Origin: Telmatocola sphagniphila
GTDB taxonomy: Bacteria; Planctomycetota; Planctomycetia; Gemmatales; Gemmataceae
Length of the DNA stretch: 32,000 nucleotides
Assembly: GCF_018398935.1 (NCBI RefSeq)
Contig: NZ_CP074694.1
Location: forward strand, 4,260,001-4,292,000
Direction: 5' to 3'
Within the stretch, counting starts at the first letter, position 1; each line of letters starts with the position of its first letter. Of the stretch, positions 9,513-17,458 are shown one piece after another. Both the position numbers and the translations under genes were made by a program. The notes under the pieces are model-generated. The model ran no database searches and was not told the origin of the DNA. It saw only the letters and a program-made list of their open reading frames with translations.

Positions 9513-11447
9513 ATGAAAACGCACCACAAATTGAAGCTGGAAACCTTCGAAGAGCGTATTGTCCCGGCGACATTCGGCATTCCCTGGCAGGGTAGGAACA
9601 TTACCGTGAGCTTCGCCCCCGATGGGACAAATATCCAAGGCAATCAGAGCAATCTATTTGCCGCCATGACTGCTGATGGCTTGACCCAGGCCCAATGGCA
9701 AGGACAGATACTTAAAGCACTTGAATCCTGGGTGGCGGTTTCCAACATCAACCTCGGCGTCGTGGCCGATAACGGAGCGGCCGAAGGTTCACCCGGTTTC
9801 ATCCAGGGAGATCCGAACTTCGGAGATGTCCGAATCTTCGGTGAAGCGTTTAACTCGAATCAATTGGCTCTCACGGCTCCTCCGGGTTACACCTCGGAAA
9901 CAGGTGCCGGGGACGTCATTCTGAATACCAACTATAAATTTGGCGTCGGCGGAACGAACGGGGCTTACGATCTCTTCTCCACCGTCATCCACGAATCCGG
10001 CCATGCTTTGGGAATCGACGATAATACGACCGATCCAAACTCGGTGATGTATTATACTTATCAGGGCATTCGAACTGGACTCGATGAAACGGATATCGCT
10101 AGTATCCAAAGCCTGTATGGCGCCGCAAATAGCAGTTCCAGTGCGGGCACTAAACTCTCAACGGCCACCGCCATTCCCGCCGTCACTGGTTCCAGCAATC
10201 TCTTTACGAACGCTTCCTTAACTGCTTCTGGTCAAACAGAGTATTACAAATTCACGGTGCCAAGTACCCAGACGGGTTCAACGACCTTAACGCTCTCTAC
10301 AGAAACTATCAGCCTTCTCCAGGGTTCGTTCAAGGTTCTGGATTCCTCGGGTAACGTTCTGGCCACCTCCGGGGAAACCCAATCCGATACGACTTTCAAC
10401 GGTGCCAACGCATCGGTAACTCTATTTTTGACTGCCGGCAAAACCTACTACGTGGAAGTCTTCTCGACCGATCCCGTTTTCAATGTGGGGGCCTATACAC
10501 TTTCCACTGTATTCAACGCCAGTTCGGCGACCGCGCCCGCAAGTGCCCCTTACGGTTTCCTGGCCCAGACTCCCACTTCGACCACGACCAGCAATTCAAG
10601 CCTCTCGAATGCTCAAACGATTCCCAGCTACAGCGGAGCAACCGGTCAGCTGTCGTATCAGACTTTTGCGGTCCTGCAAAACCTTTCTACTCCCTCTTAC
10701 TATAAAGTTACTGCTCCGACACTGGCGAGTGGAAGCACAACGACTTTAACTATCGTCGTGGCCGCATACAACTCTTCTCGCGGTTCCAGCACTACCGATC
10801 CTGTAGCCACTTTTGCACCGAATGTGACGGTCTATAACTCAAACGGCACGGCCTTATCGCTCCAGTCTATCGCGTCGGAAGGATTCCATAATGTTTACCA
10901 GATCCTGAACGTTACCAGAGGGCAGCAGTTCTATATCCAGGTTAAAGGCAACATTCTATCATTTGCCAGCAATTATTTACTGACAGCTGTCTTTCAACCG
11001 GTGGCCGTGCAGCAGCTTCAGGCTTTGTCAACGACCTTGACCAGTGCGGCCCCCAGCAGCACGGGAGTGCTTACGATTAATGAGGGCCAGATACTCTCGC
11101 TGGAACTGTCCTTGACCTCCGCCTCGGGTGCCCCGCTTTCGGGTGCTACCGTGACGATCACGAACGCTTCGGGTAATACCATTTCCACATGGTTTGTTCT
11201 GCAGGGTACGAGTTTCAGCAATACTCTTTTTCTGACCCCGGGAAGCTATACGGTCTCCATCACCGGCTTCAATGTTTTTGGCAATGTCCCGAACCTGGGC
11301 GTCATCATGGATCTCGTCACGCTCACGGATCCGATTGATATTGCCCCGAGTAGCCCATTGGGTACTGCTCCGACTCATACAAGTTCGACCGGCTCGACTA
11401 CCACGCATACATCTACAACTTCAGTTACTTACACCACAACAAAGTAA
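9513..11447 (+). CDS. Secreted metzincin-type zinc metalloprotease (matrixin/snapalysin-like) with three PPC-like beta-sandwich domains and a Ser/Thr-rich tail
   Basis: HESGHALGIDD at aa 160-170 (nt 9990-10022) is followed by a Met-turn candidate, SVMYY. Three C-terminal segments fit the pre-peptidase C-terminal domain pattern (YYKFTVP...GKTYYVEVFS...GAYTLS, SYYKVTAP...GQQFYIQVKG...NYLLT, and ...PGSYTVSITG). AAGGA precedes the ATG, which lies 15 nt after the kinase stop. Confidence 0.85.
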   Translation: MKTHHKLKLETFEERIVPATFGIPWQGRNITVSFAPDGTNIQGNQSNLFAAMTADGLTQAQWQGQILKALESWVAVSNINLGVVADNGAAEGSPGFIQGDPNFGDVRIFGEAFNSNQLALTAPPGYTSETGAGDVILNTNYKFGVGGTNGAYDLFSTVIHESGHALGIDDNTTDPNSVMYYTYQGIRTGLDETDIASIQSLYGAANSSSSAGTKLSTATAIPAVTGSSNLFTNASLTASGQTEYYKFTVPSTQTGSTTLTLSTETISLLQGSFKVLDSSGNVLATSGETQSDTTFNGANASVTLFLTAGKTYYVEVFSTDPVFNVGAYTLSTVFNASSATAPASAPYGFLAQTPTSTTTSNSSLSNAQTIPSYSGATGQLSYQTFAVLQNLSTPSYYKVTAPTLASGSTTTLTIVVAAYNSSRGSSTTDPVATFAPNVTVYNSNGTALSLQSIASEGFHNVYQILNVTRGQQFYIQVKGNILSFASNYLLTAVFQPVAVQQLQALSTTLTSAAPSSTGVLTINEGQILSLELSLTSASGAPLSGATVTITNASGNTISTWFVLQGTSFSNTLFLTPGSYTVSITGFNVFGNVPNLGVIMDLVTLTDPIDIAPSSPLGTAPTHTSSTGSTTTHTSTTSVTYTTTK

Positions 11448-11506
11448 TTATTTGGTGGAAAGGTTTTTGCGCAGTAGAGTTCAATGTTCGAGTATAGGGT
11501 AGACCG

Positions 11507-12664
11507 ATGAAGAGTTCGATCGATGTTCGCAAAGTAGATTTAGAGGTAGGACCGAAGTCGCCTTCCCAGGCTTCTCCGGCCGATTCCGAATCGTCTAAGA
11601 CTGGGTTACTCCCATCGACGCAGTTGAACGCACTGGAAACGGTTGATTTAGAGGATAAAGTCAAATCTCTGGTCGGTTACGACCCGCTGCGCGGCCGAAA
11701 ACGACTGGAAAAATATGAAATTATCCGCCTCCTGGCGACTGGCGGCATGGGAGCCGTCTACAAAGCGTTCGACCACAAACTGCGACGTAATGTTGCTCTG
11801 AAAGTCATGCTGCCTACCGCAGCTTCTAATATGCGAGCTCGGGATCGTTTCCTGCAGGAAGCTCGAGCCGCCGCACGAATCTCCAGTGACCACGTCGTTG
11901 AGATCTACGAAGCGGACGAAATAGACAACATTCCTTTCATTGCTCAAAAATATCTGCACGGCAACACCCTGGATCGCTACTTGACCTTAAAAGGTGGCGT
12001 ACCGATCAGTCAGGCCATACGCATCATTCGCGAAACATCTCTCGGACTGCTGGCGGCGCACAAAATCGGGTTGGTTCACCGCGATATCAAACCCTCTAAT
12101 CTCTGGCTGGAAGCTCCCAAAGGACGCGTGAAGATCCTGGATTTCGGTCTTGCACGGTATCAGGAAGAGGGCGCTTCTTTGACCAACCTCGATATCGCCG
12201 CCGGGACGCCCTCTTTTATGTCCCCGGAGCAAGTTCGCGGCGATCTGATCGATTTTCGCAGCGATCTTTTCAGTCTGGGAGTAGTACTATACCTGCTGTT
12301 GACCGGAAAGCTGCCGTTTCCCAAACAAAATTCTTCGAATGCTTTGATGGCCGTTTTCACGCAAGAGGCTATCCCGGTCGCGGAACTCAATCCTCATGTA
12401 GCGCCGGAATTGGCCGAACTGACGCATATCCTGCTTTCAAAAGATCCCGAACGACGCCCCAGTCAGACCTCTGAGGTGCCGGAAGCCATGGAGTGGATCG
12501 AAGCGAATCGCAAGCACGACAAAAAAGATTCTACCAGTAAAAGACCGAAGGTCTGGGAAACCCTCACGCCCCCGGCACAGTCTGTGATCGAAAAACACAA
12601 TAACTTGAACCCGTTTTCATCACCTAAAAAAGGCAGCTTTTCATTCCTGAAACGATTATTTTAG
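11507..12664 (+). CDS. Cytoplasmic Ser/Thr protein kinase (no TM segment)
   Basis: GGMGAVYKA, VALKVM, HRDIKPSNLWL, DFGLAR and GTPSFMSPEQ are canonical Hanks-type motifs. The gene starts 59 nt downstream of the protease gene on the same strand. Confidence 0.9.
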   Translation: MKSSIDVRKVDLEVGPKSPSQASPADSESSKTGLLPSTQLNALETVDLEDKVKSLVGYDPLRGRKRLEKYEIIRLLATGGMGAVYKAFDHKLRRNVALKVMLPTAASNMRARDRFLQEARAAARISSDHVVEIYEADEIDNIPFIAQKYLHGNTLDRYLTLKGGVPISQAIRIIRETSLGLLAAHKIGLVHRDIKPSNLWLEAPKGRVKILDFGLARYQEEGASLTNLDIAAGTPSFMSPEQVRGDLIDFRSDLFSLGVVLYLLLTGKLPFPKQNSSNALMAVFTQEAIPVAELNPHVAPELAELTHILLSKDPERRPSQTSEVPEAMEWIEANRKHDKKDSTSKRPKVWETLTPPAQSVIEKHNNLNPFSSPKKGSFSFLKRLF

Positions 12665-13027
12665 CATTCTCTCAAACTCCTATCGGATAGATCGTCCCGG
12701 CGAACTCGCACTTCTCAAAATTCCGCCAATATCTTTATGGCGTCGCAATAAAACACTTTAATCGATTTTCTCTATCAAAATTCACTTGCGATCATCGACT
12801 GGTATCGAGTAAAAATGATTAGTCGACTCTGATGGATTTGATTCACAATTCTAGGATTTAAACAAGTATCCGGGTGATAGACTTGACCTGTTTTTGCTCA
12901 ACTTAGAAGAGTGTTTTTCGCAACGTATTATTCTTGCCCTCTCACGGACGATCGCCCGAAATGCGAATTTTGGTCGATGCGATGCTTCATGGATTTTTCA
13001 AGTCGGTATTCATTTCACGGGAGGCAG

Positions 13028-13321
13028 ATGATGAAGTGGCAGAAGGCTATGTGGTACGGGTTTGTTACGCAAATCGTGTTTTGGATTCTTCTGAATTTCA
13101 GTCAATTCGAGGGACTTTTTTGGATTTCGAAACCCGGCTTTCAGCTCTACTCATTCGGTAACGAGCAATTTTCTATCGGGGCTATCCTGCTTATTAACTG
13201 GGTTCTGTCAGCGAGCGTCTGGTACTGCCTACTGAGTTTCTTATACACGGCTTTTCCCAAATTGGCAGTTAAGAATACACCAAAGAAGATTGATCCATTT
13301 CGCGGCTACTACGAAGTATAG
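13028..13321 (+). CDS. Small hypothetical membrane protein (2-3 predicted TM helices) in an AT-rich region
   Basis: ATG-ATG at 13028/13031 is preceded by GGGAGG (13018-13023). Hydrophobic stretches include WYGFVTQIVFWILLNF and IGAILLINWVLSASVWYCLLSFLY. The track's longer form (start 12911) has a non-membrane-like N-terminus. No homology recognised. Confidence 0.4.
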   Translation: MMKWQKAMWYGFVTQIVFWILLNFSQFEGLFWISKPGFQLYSFGNEQFSIGAILLINWVLSASVWYCLLSFLYTAFPKLAVKNTPKKIDPFRGYYEV

Positions 13322-13357
13322 ATCGCCGCAAGGATTTAATCTCTATAATTCTTTCGA

Positions 13358-13387
13358 GTATAGATCCGCGCTTCATAGGATCTATAC
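13358..13387. terminator. Hairpin between convergent genes (candidate bidirectional terminator)
   Basis: GTATAGATCC (13358-13367) and GGATCTATAC (13378-13387) are perfect reverse complements with a 10-nt loop. The hairpin lies between the 13321 stop (+) and the 13413 stop (-). There is no clear U-tract. Confidence 0.4.
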
Positions 13388-13412
13388 ACTTTCTTAACAA
13401 AGACCGACGTCA

Positions 13413-15194
13413 TTAATCGAATATCAGAGTACCGAACTTCTGAAAATCGTGAAAGCTGGGTCCGACGCGGGACCAGTCCCAACTGCTGGTTTTGCCGTTA
13501 TCGTAATCCATTCTGTAGAAGTTGGCCCTCCAGCGCGTACCAGCTTTCGGTGGCACGTTTCGCAGAGGCTGCATGAGTTCGTAGGGGATAAAAAATTCCG
13601 CTTTCCAGCCGGTCACCTTCGCCCCCGATTTCAACTCTCCACCCAGGGCAGATGTCGCTTTTCGAATCTTGCGCGCCCCTTCATAGTGCCAGGGTAGCCA
13701 GCCGAGGAATCGCCCTTCCAGATTGGGAATGATAATCGGCAATTCGTACCCGAGTGGGGAAATTTCGTACTCGAAATACATCGCGTCCCGATCATCCGGC
13801 CACAGAAAAACTTCGAAGACATCCTCTTTCCAGAGATCCTGAAAATCCTTGGTAATAGTGGAGGTCAATTTCTCATCCGTGGCTTCCATCAAGACATAAA
13901 GCCCTTTGTTCGAATGCAGAACCTTGATTTTCGTTTCATACGGCAGGCTGTCTTTATTCCGCTTAGAGAGCATTTGCCATTCGGCTTTTTTCCAGGCTTC
14001 CGCCGAGCCGTCGCCCTTGAGTTCGAAATCCTCCACCTCTGCAACATGCAACTCCTTAGGTCCAGGCCTCGAAGCATCCGGCTTCAAGCCGTAGAGCACT
14101 CTTTCTGCATTCCGCCGATAAATCTTATCCAGAACAGGAGCTGGCAGATTGATGCCGTAGATGTTCCAGAAGCCCTGTAAATGATGGCTGGCAGCACAAT
14201 TGAAATATTCATCTTCCGTTTCCAGGAAACGATAGTAAATTCGGTAAGCTTCCCGCCGGGGTGTCGTGTCGGTTCCGAACAGGATTCGATCCTGATACTT
14301 CAGAAAGAATTTGCGAGCGGCGTAGGGTTGTCGGCCGAGCTCGGAAATGCGGGCATCGATATCCACATACATGTTCGGATACTTATCGAGCTTGTCGGCC
14401 ACTGACGCCAGATCTTCCGCGTTGTTGCCGAAGTGGGTATTGATAAAGGTCGTTTTCGGATGGCGGGCGATGACCCGATGCAGTTGATCGAGCAGTACTT
14501 CCCGCTTTGGGTACTTTTCGCCGAAGAAGAGCCAGCCCGGATTGGAATTCAGCTCGTGCCAGCGTTCGTTGTATTTATCCAAAGGCGTGAAAAACGCGGC
14601 CGGATCCGCAATATGAATCACCACCGGACGGCCATGCTTGGCACACATTTCCCAAACTTCATCCAGTTTGGGATCGTCGACAGCCACTAGCGTGCCATCC
14701 TTGTGGCGGACCGTCAGCCCCAAACTTTTGTGAAACTTCAACCCTTTTGCCCCGGCCTTGAAACTCTCCTCGAGCCGCTTGGCCTCCCGGGTTCCCCAAT
14801 CCGCATCGTCGAGGTTTTCAAAGTTGATCAGGGCGTATGTCAGAAATCGGCCGGGGTGCGCTTCGTCGAGTGCCGCTAGGGTTTCCTTCAATCGATCTCC
14901 CCAGCCGCCGTCCAGATTGACGACTGTTTGGACGCCCGCCTCGTTCATCTCCGTCAGATAGCGTTTCACCCGATCGGGAGTTAATGTATTTTTGCCACCG
15001 CCCAGATGGTTGTGCATGTCGATGACCGGGTACATCGGTTTTTCGACAATGCTCACCTTGGTCACCATCATCGACTTGGGTTCCCAGTCTCGAAGCTTCA
15101 ACTCGCGGATATCTTCCGTAGCCTTGGCCGGTTGTCCCAGAGCAGGAGCCGATGGGAAAAGGAAGCAGCAGGTTGCCAGAAACAGCAATCGCAT
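13413..15194 (-). CDS. Secreted amidohydrolase-family (metal-dependent TIM-barrel hydrolase) protein fused to a CBM9/DOMON-like C-terminal domain
   Basis: Signal peptide MRLLFLATCCFLFPSAPALGQP. VIDMHNHLGG, VVIHIADP and LFGTDT fit amidohydrolase metal-binding strands. The C-terminal 200 aa (EAWKKAEW...LYVLMEATDE...EDVFEVFLWP...YFEYEISPLG...GWKAEFFIPY...WRANFYRMDY) fit the carbohydrate-binding family 9-like fold. Confidence 0.85.
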   Translation of the reverse strand: MRLLFLATCCFLFPSAPALGQPAKATEDIRELKLRDWEPKSMMVTKVSIVEKPMYPVIDMHNHLGGGKNTLTPDRVKRYLTEMNEAGVQTVVNLDGGWGDRLKETLAALDEAHPGRFLTYALINFENLDDADWGTREAKRLEESFKAGAKGLKFHKSLGLTVRHKDGTLVAVDDPKLDEVWEMCAKHGRPVVIHIADPAAFFTPLDKYNERWHELNSNPGWLFFGEKYPKREVLLDQLHRVIARHPKTTFINTHFGNNAEDLASVADKLDKYPNMYVDIDARISELGRQPYAARKFFLKYQDRILFGTDTTPRREAYRIYYRFLETEDEYFNCAASHHLQGFWNIYGINLPAPVLDKIYRRNAERVLYGLKPDASRPGPKELHVAEVEDFELKGDGSAEAWKKAEWQMLSKRNKDSLPYETKIKVLHSNKGLYVLMEATDEKLTSTITKDFQDLWKEDVFEVFLWPDDRDAMYFEYEISPLGYELPIIIPNLEGRFLGWLPWHYEGARKIRKATSALGGELKSGAKVTGWKAEFFIPYELMQPLRNVPPKAGTRWRANFYRMDYDNGKTSSWDWSRVGPSFHDFQKFGTLIFD

Positions 15195-15298
15195 GGGAGA
15201 GGACTCCTGGAATTGTTCGAAGGAGGGTCGTACCAGTTAAAAGAGTACGGAGAAAGCGTTCAATCAGCGAGATTTCATCGCGAAAATTCCGATGCGAC

Positions 15299-16537
15299 TC
15301 AATCGCCCGCTACCTGAAAAATTCGTTCGAATTCGTCGGAGCAACGTTCGAAAAGTCGCAGCACGGCGGGATCAAAATGCCCCGGGCTCTGCGTGAGGAT
15401 ATGGTCTTTCGCATTAGCATGAGTTATGGGCAATTTGTAAACTCGTCGGGAGCGCAGCGCATCGTAGACGTCGGCCACTGCGACAATCCGGGCGGCCAGC
15501 GGTATGGTGTGGCCGTGCAATCTATCTGGGTAACCCATGCCATCGAATCTTTCGTGATGATATCGGGCAATATCGATGGCCATCTGGAGGAAACCGGCGG
15601 CAAAACCATACTCAGCCGCAACGGACTGGAGTGTCTGCGCTCCAACGATGGTATGCGACTGCATTTGAATGCGTTCTTCGTCCGTTAGCTTTCCCGGTTT
15701 AAGCAAAATGTGATCGGCTAAGGCTACCTTGCCGATGTCGTGCAGGGGAACGCAGGCAACCAGAGTCTGCACGAAATTTTCGTCTACCACCAAGTTGAAT
15801 TCACTCATCTTCTTGGCTTCATCGCCCAGAGCTCGGCAGAATTTCTGCAAACGCAACAGGTGCGTTCCCGTCTCGAGGCTACGATATTCCACTAGCTTTG
15901 CCAATGCCAGCACCAGCCCATTGCGGGCCGATATTAAGTGCTCGTCTTTCAGGCCGAGAGCTTTTTCGAGTTCGTAGTTGACTCCGCTCAGCCGGTGATT
16001 CAGCAAATCGGAGCGGTCCTGGGCCTGCTTCAATCGTAAGGCGGCGTTCACGCGGGCTCGCAGTTGAGCCACACTGTAAGGTTTTGGGACGAAGTCATCG
16101 GCGCCGTGACTGAGCAACGCCGCCATTTCGTCGCCCGGCATATGGCCGGAAAAAACGATGACTTTCAGATTCGGCCAGGTGGGAGATTGGCGGATGCGTT
16201 TCAAAGTTTCTTCGCCGTTGAGACGAGGCATGGCCATGTCGAGAAGAATGAGATCGAACGGTCGTTCGGAGATCGCTTGTAGAGCATGCAAGCCATCGGC
16301 CGCCTCTTCGCACTGAATTGGCCCATTCTGGAGAGCGGTGCGGCAAATATCCCGAAGCTTAGGCTCATCGTCGACAATGAGAATTCGGTGAACTTTCGGC
16401 AGGAGTAGATTGCTGTCTGGCTGTGGGCGGTCGGCATGAAATGCTTCAAGAAATTTCCGTCGTTCCTCGGCATCTTCAGAGGTAGGAAGGCTACCCGGCA
16501 GAGGTGAAGGTTCAAGATTCCTGGGATTTCGAGCCAT
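15299..16537 (-). CDS. Response regulator with REC receiver and HD-GYP (c-di-GMP phosphodiesterase-type) output domain
   Basis: REC motifs: ILIVDDEP, DLILLDMAMPRLNG, KVIVFSGH. HD-GYP motifs: PLHDIGKV, HHERFDGMGYP. I chose the ATG at 16537 (MARNPRNLEP...). The track start at 16747 is TTG and adds 70 aa with no domain. Confidence 0.9.
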   Translation of the reverse strand: MARNPRNLEPSPLPGSLPTSEDAEERRKFLEAFHADRPQPDSNLLLPKVHRILIVDDEPKLRDICRTALQNGPIQCEEAADGLHALQAISERPFDLILLDMAMPRLNGEETLKRIRQSPTWPNLKVIVFSGHMPGDEMAALLSHGADDFVPKPYSVAQLRARVNAALRLKQAQDRSDLLNHRLSGVNYELEKALGLKDEHLISARNGLVLALAKLVEYRSLETGTHLLRLQKFCRALGDEAKKMSEFNLVVDENFVQTLVACVPLHDIGKVALADHILLKPGKLTDEERIQMQSHTIVGAQTLQSVAAEYGFAAGFLQMAIDIARYHHERFDGMGYPDRLHGHTIPLAARIVAVADVYDALRSRRVYKLPITHANAKDHILTQSPGHFDPAVLRLFERCSDEFERIFQVAGD

Positions 16538-16800
16538 ATCGTTCTCGTTGAATCCGGCCTGGATTCCAACTTTACAAATCGACTGCGAGAATGGGACGAA
16601 GCGTGCGACTTCGTCATCCACTATTTCGCATACCCCAATGCTAATCGAAATTGCCGTTTGCGAGTCGGAACAGATCGAATAACGAAACGAACTTGGGGGG
16701 AGCCCACTGACTAACGAATAGCTTAGAACAGCTTTATCGACATTCAATTAATTTCTGCGAAAGGAATTGGATGGGATGTTAAGTCAGAAAGTGAGCAAAC

Positions 16801-16827
16801 AAAAAAAAGATCGCAAATGCTGCGATC
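16801..16827 (-). terminator. Intrinsic (rho-independent) terminator downstream of the 16859-17275 gene
   Basis: Read on the minus strand, GGATCGCA-GCATT-TGCGATCT (7 bp plus a G-U closing pair) is immediately followed by eight T residues (plus-strand A8 at 16801-16808). It lies 31 nt after the stop codon. Confidence 0.75.
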
Positions 16828-16858
16828 CTTTCAAAATTATTGCTTCAGCAAAGTGAAC

Positions 16859-17275
16859 TCAGTCGCCTTTGAACGGCGAGTAGTCGCCTTCGATCAATTC
16901 GCGAGCCTGATCGCTGACATCATCAGCGGAAAAATTCTTCAGCGTATATTTTTTACCATCACCCGTACCCGTATACTCGAAGCTGAACTTGTAGCCCTTT
17001 TCCTTCTCGACCGGAAAGGTACCTTTGTTGGTCCAGGATTCTACGACACAACTCACTTTGTTTTTTTCGTAAGTGGCTTTGGATTCAATCACGCAGCCAC
17101 CGCCGTCATTCGTGACGGTCATCGTGACTTTGTCCTCTTTTTTGAATTCAAAAGTGATCTTGAAGTCGCCTGCCGATTTTTCCCACTTTCCAGTCGGTTT
17201 GGCGACTTTGTCTTCGGCGAAAGTGAGGCCGGTGAATAGCACGAATATTCCAGCTGCGATTACAGAAAGACGCAT
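16859..17275 (-). CDS. Small secreted beta-rich hypothetical protein (lipocalin/YceI-size)
   Basis: The ATG at 17275 gives MRLSVIAAGIFVLFTGLTFAEDK, a signal peptide. The rest is about 115 aa with an alternating beta-strand pattern (KITFEFKK, VTMTVTNDG, KFSFEYTGTG). It is followed by a clean terminator. No family recognised. Confidence 0.6.
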   Translation of the reverse strand: MRLSVIAAGIFVLFTGLTFAEDKVAKPTGKWEKSAGDFKITFEFKKEDKVTMTVTNDGGGCVIESKATYEKNKVSCVVESWTNKGTFPVEKEKGYKFSFEYTGTGDGKKYTLKNFSADDVSDQARELIEGDYSPFKGD

Positions 17276-17400
17276 ACCTTGCTCCTGATTGAAACGGTGG
17301 AAATGAACGATGCCTCTACTTCGTTCTAGGAACATCCTCATTTAAAAGAAACACTGACTCGATGAAGAATCAGTGCAGACGATTTTTTCTCCACTCCCCC

Positions 17401-17420
17401 AAAAGCCCTGCCGAAGCAGG
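17401..17420 (-). terminator. Weak terminator-like hairpin downstream of leuS
   Basis: Minus strand reads CCTGC-TTCG-GCAGG (5-bp stem, UUCG loop) followed by GCTTTTG. It lies about 40 nt after the leuS stop at 17459-17461. The stem is short, so confidence is low. Confidence 0.3.
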
Positions 17421-17458
17421 TTTAATCGAAGGTAAGCACCCGCGACGGAAATTCTGCA

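Noticed and set aside
8991-9638. 215-aa minus-strand ORF overlapping the end of the TPR kinase and the start of the metzincin
   Set aside because: This is a shadow ORF. It crosses a gene boundary on the opposite strand, has no start context or motif, and both plus-strand genes have clear domain signatures.
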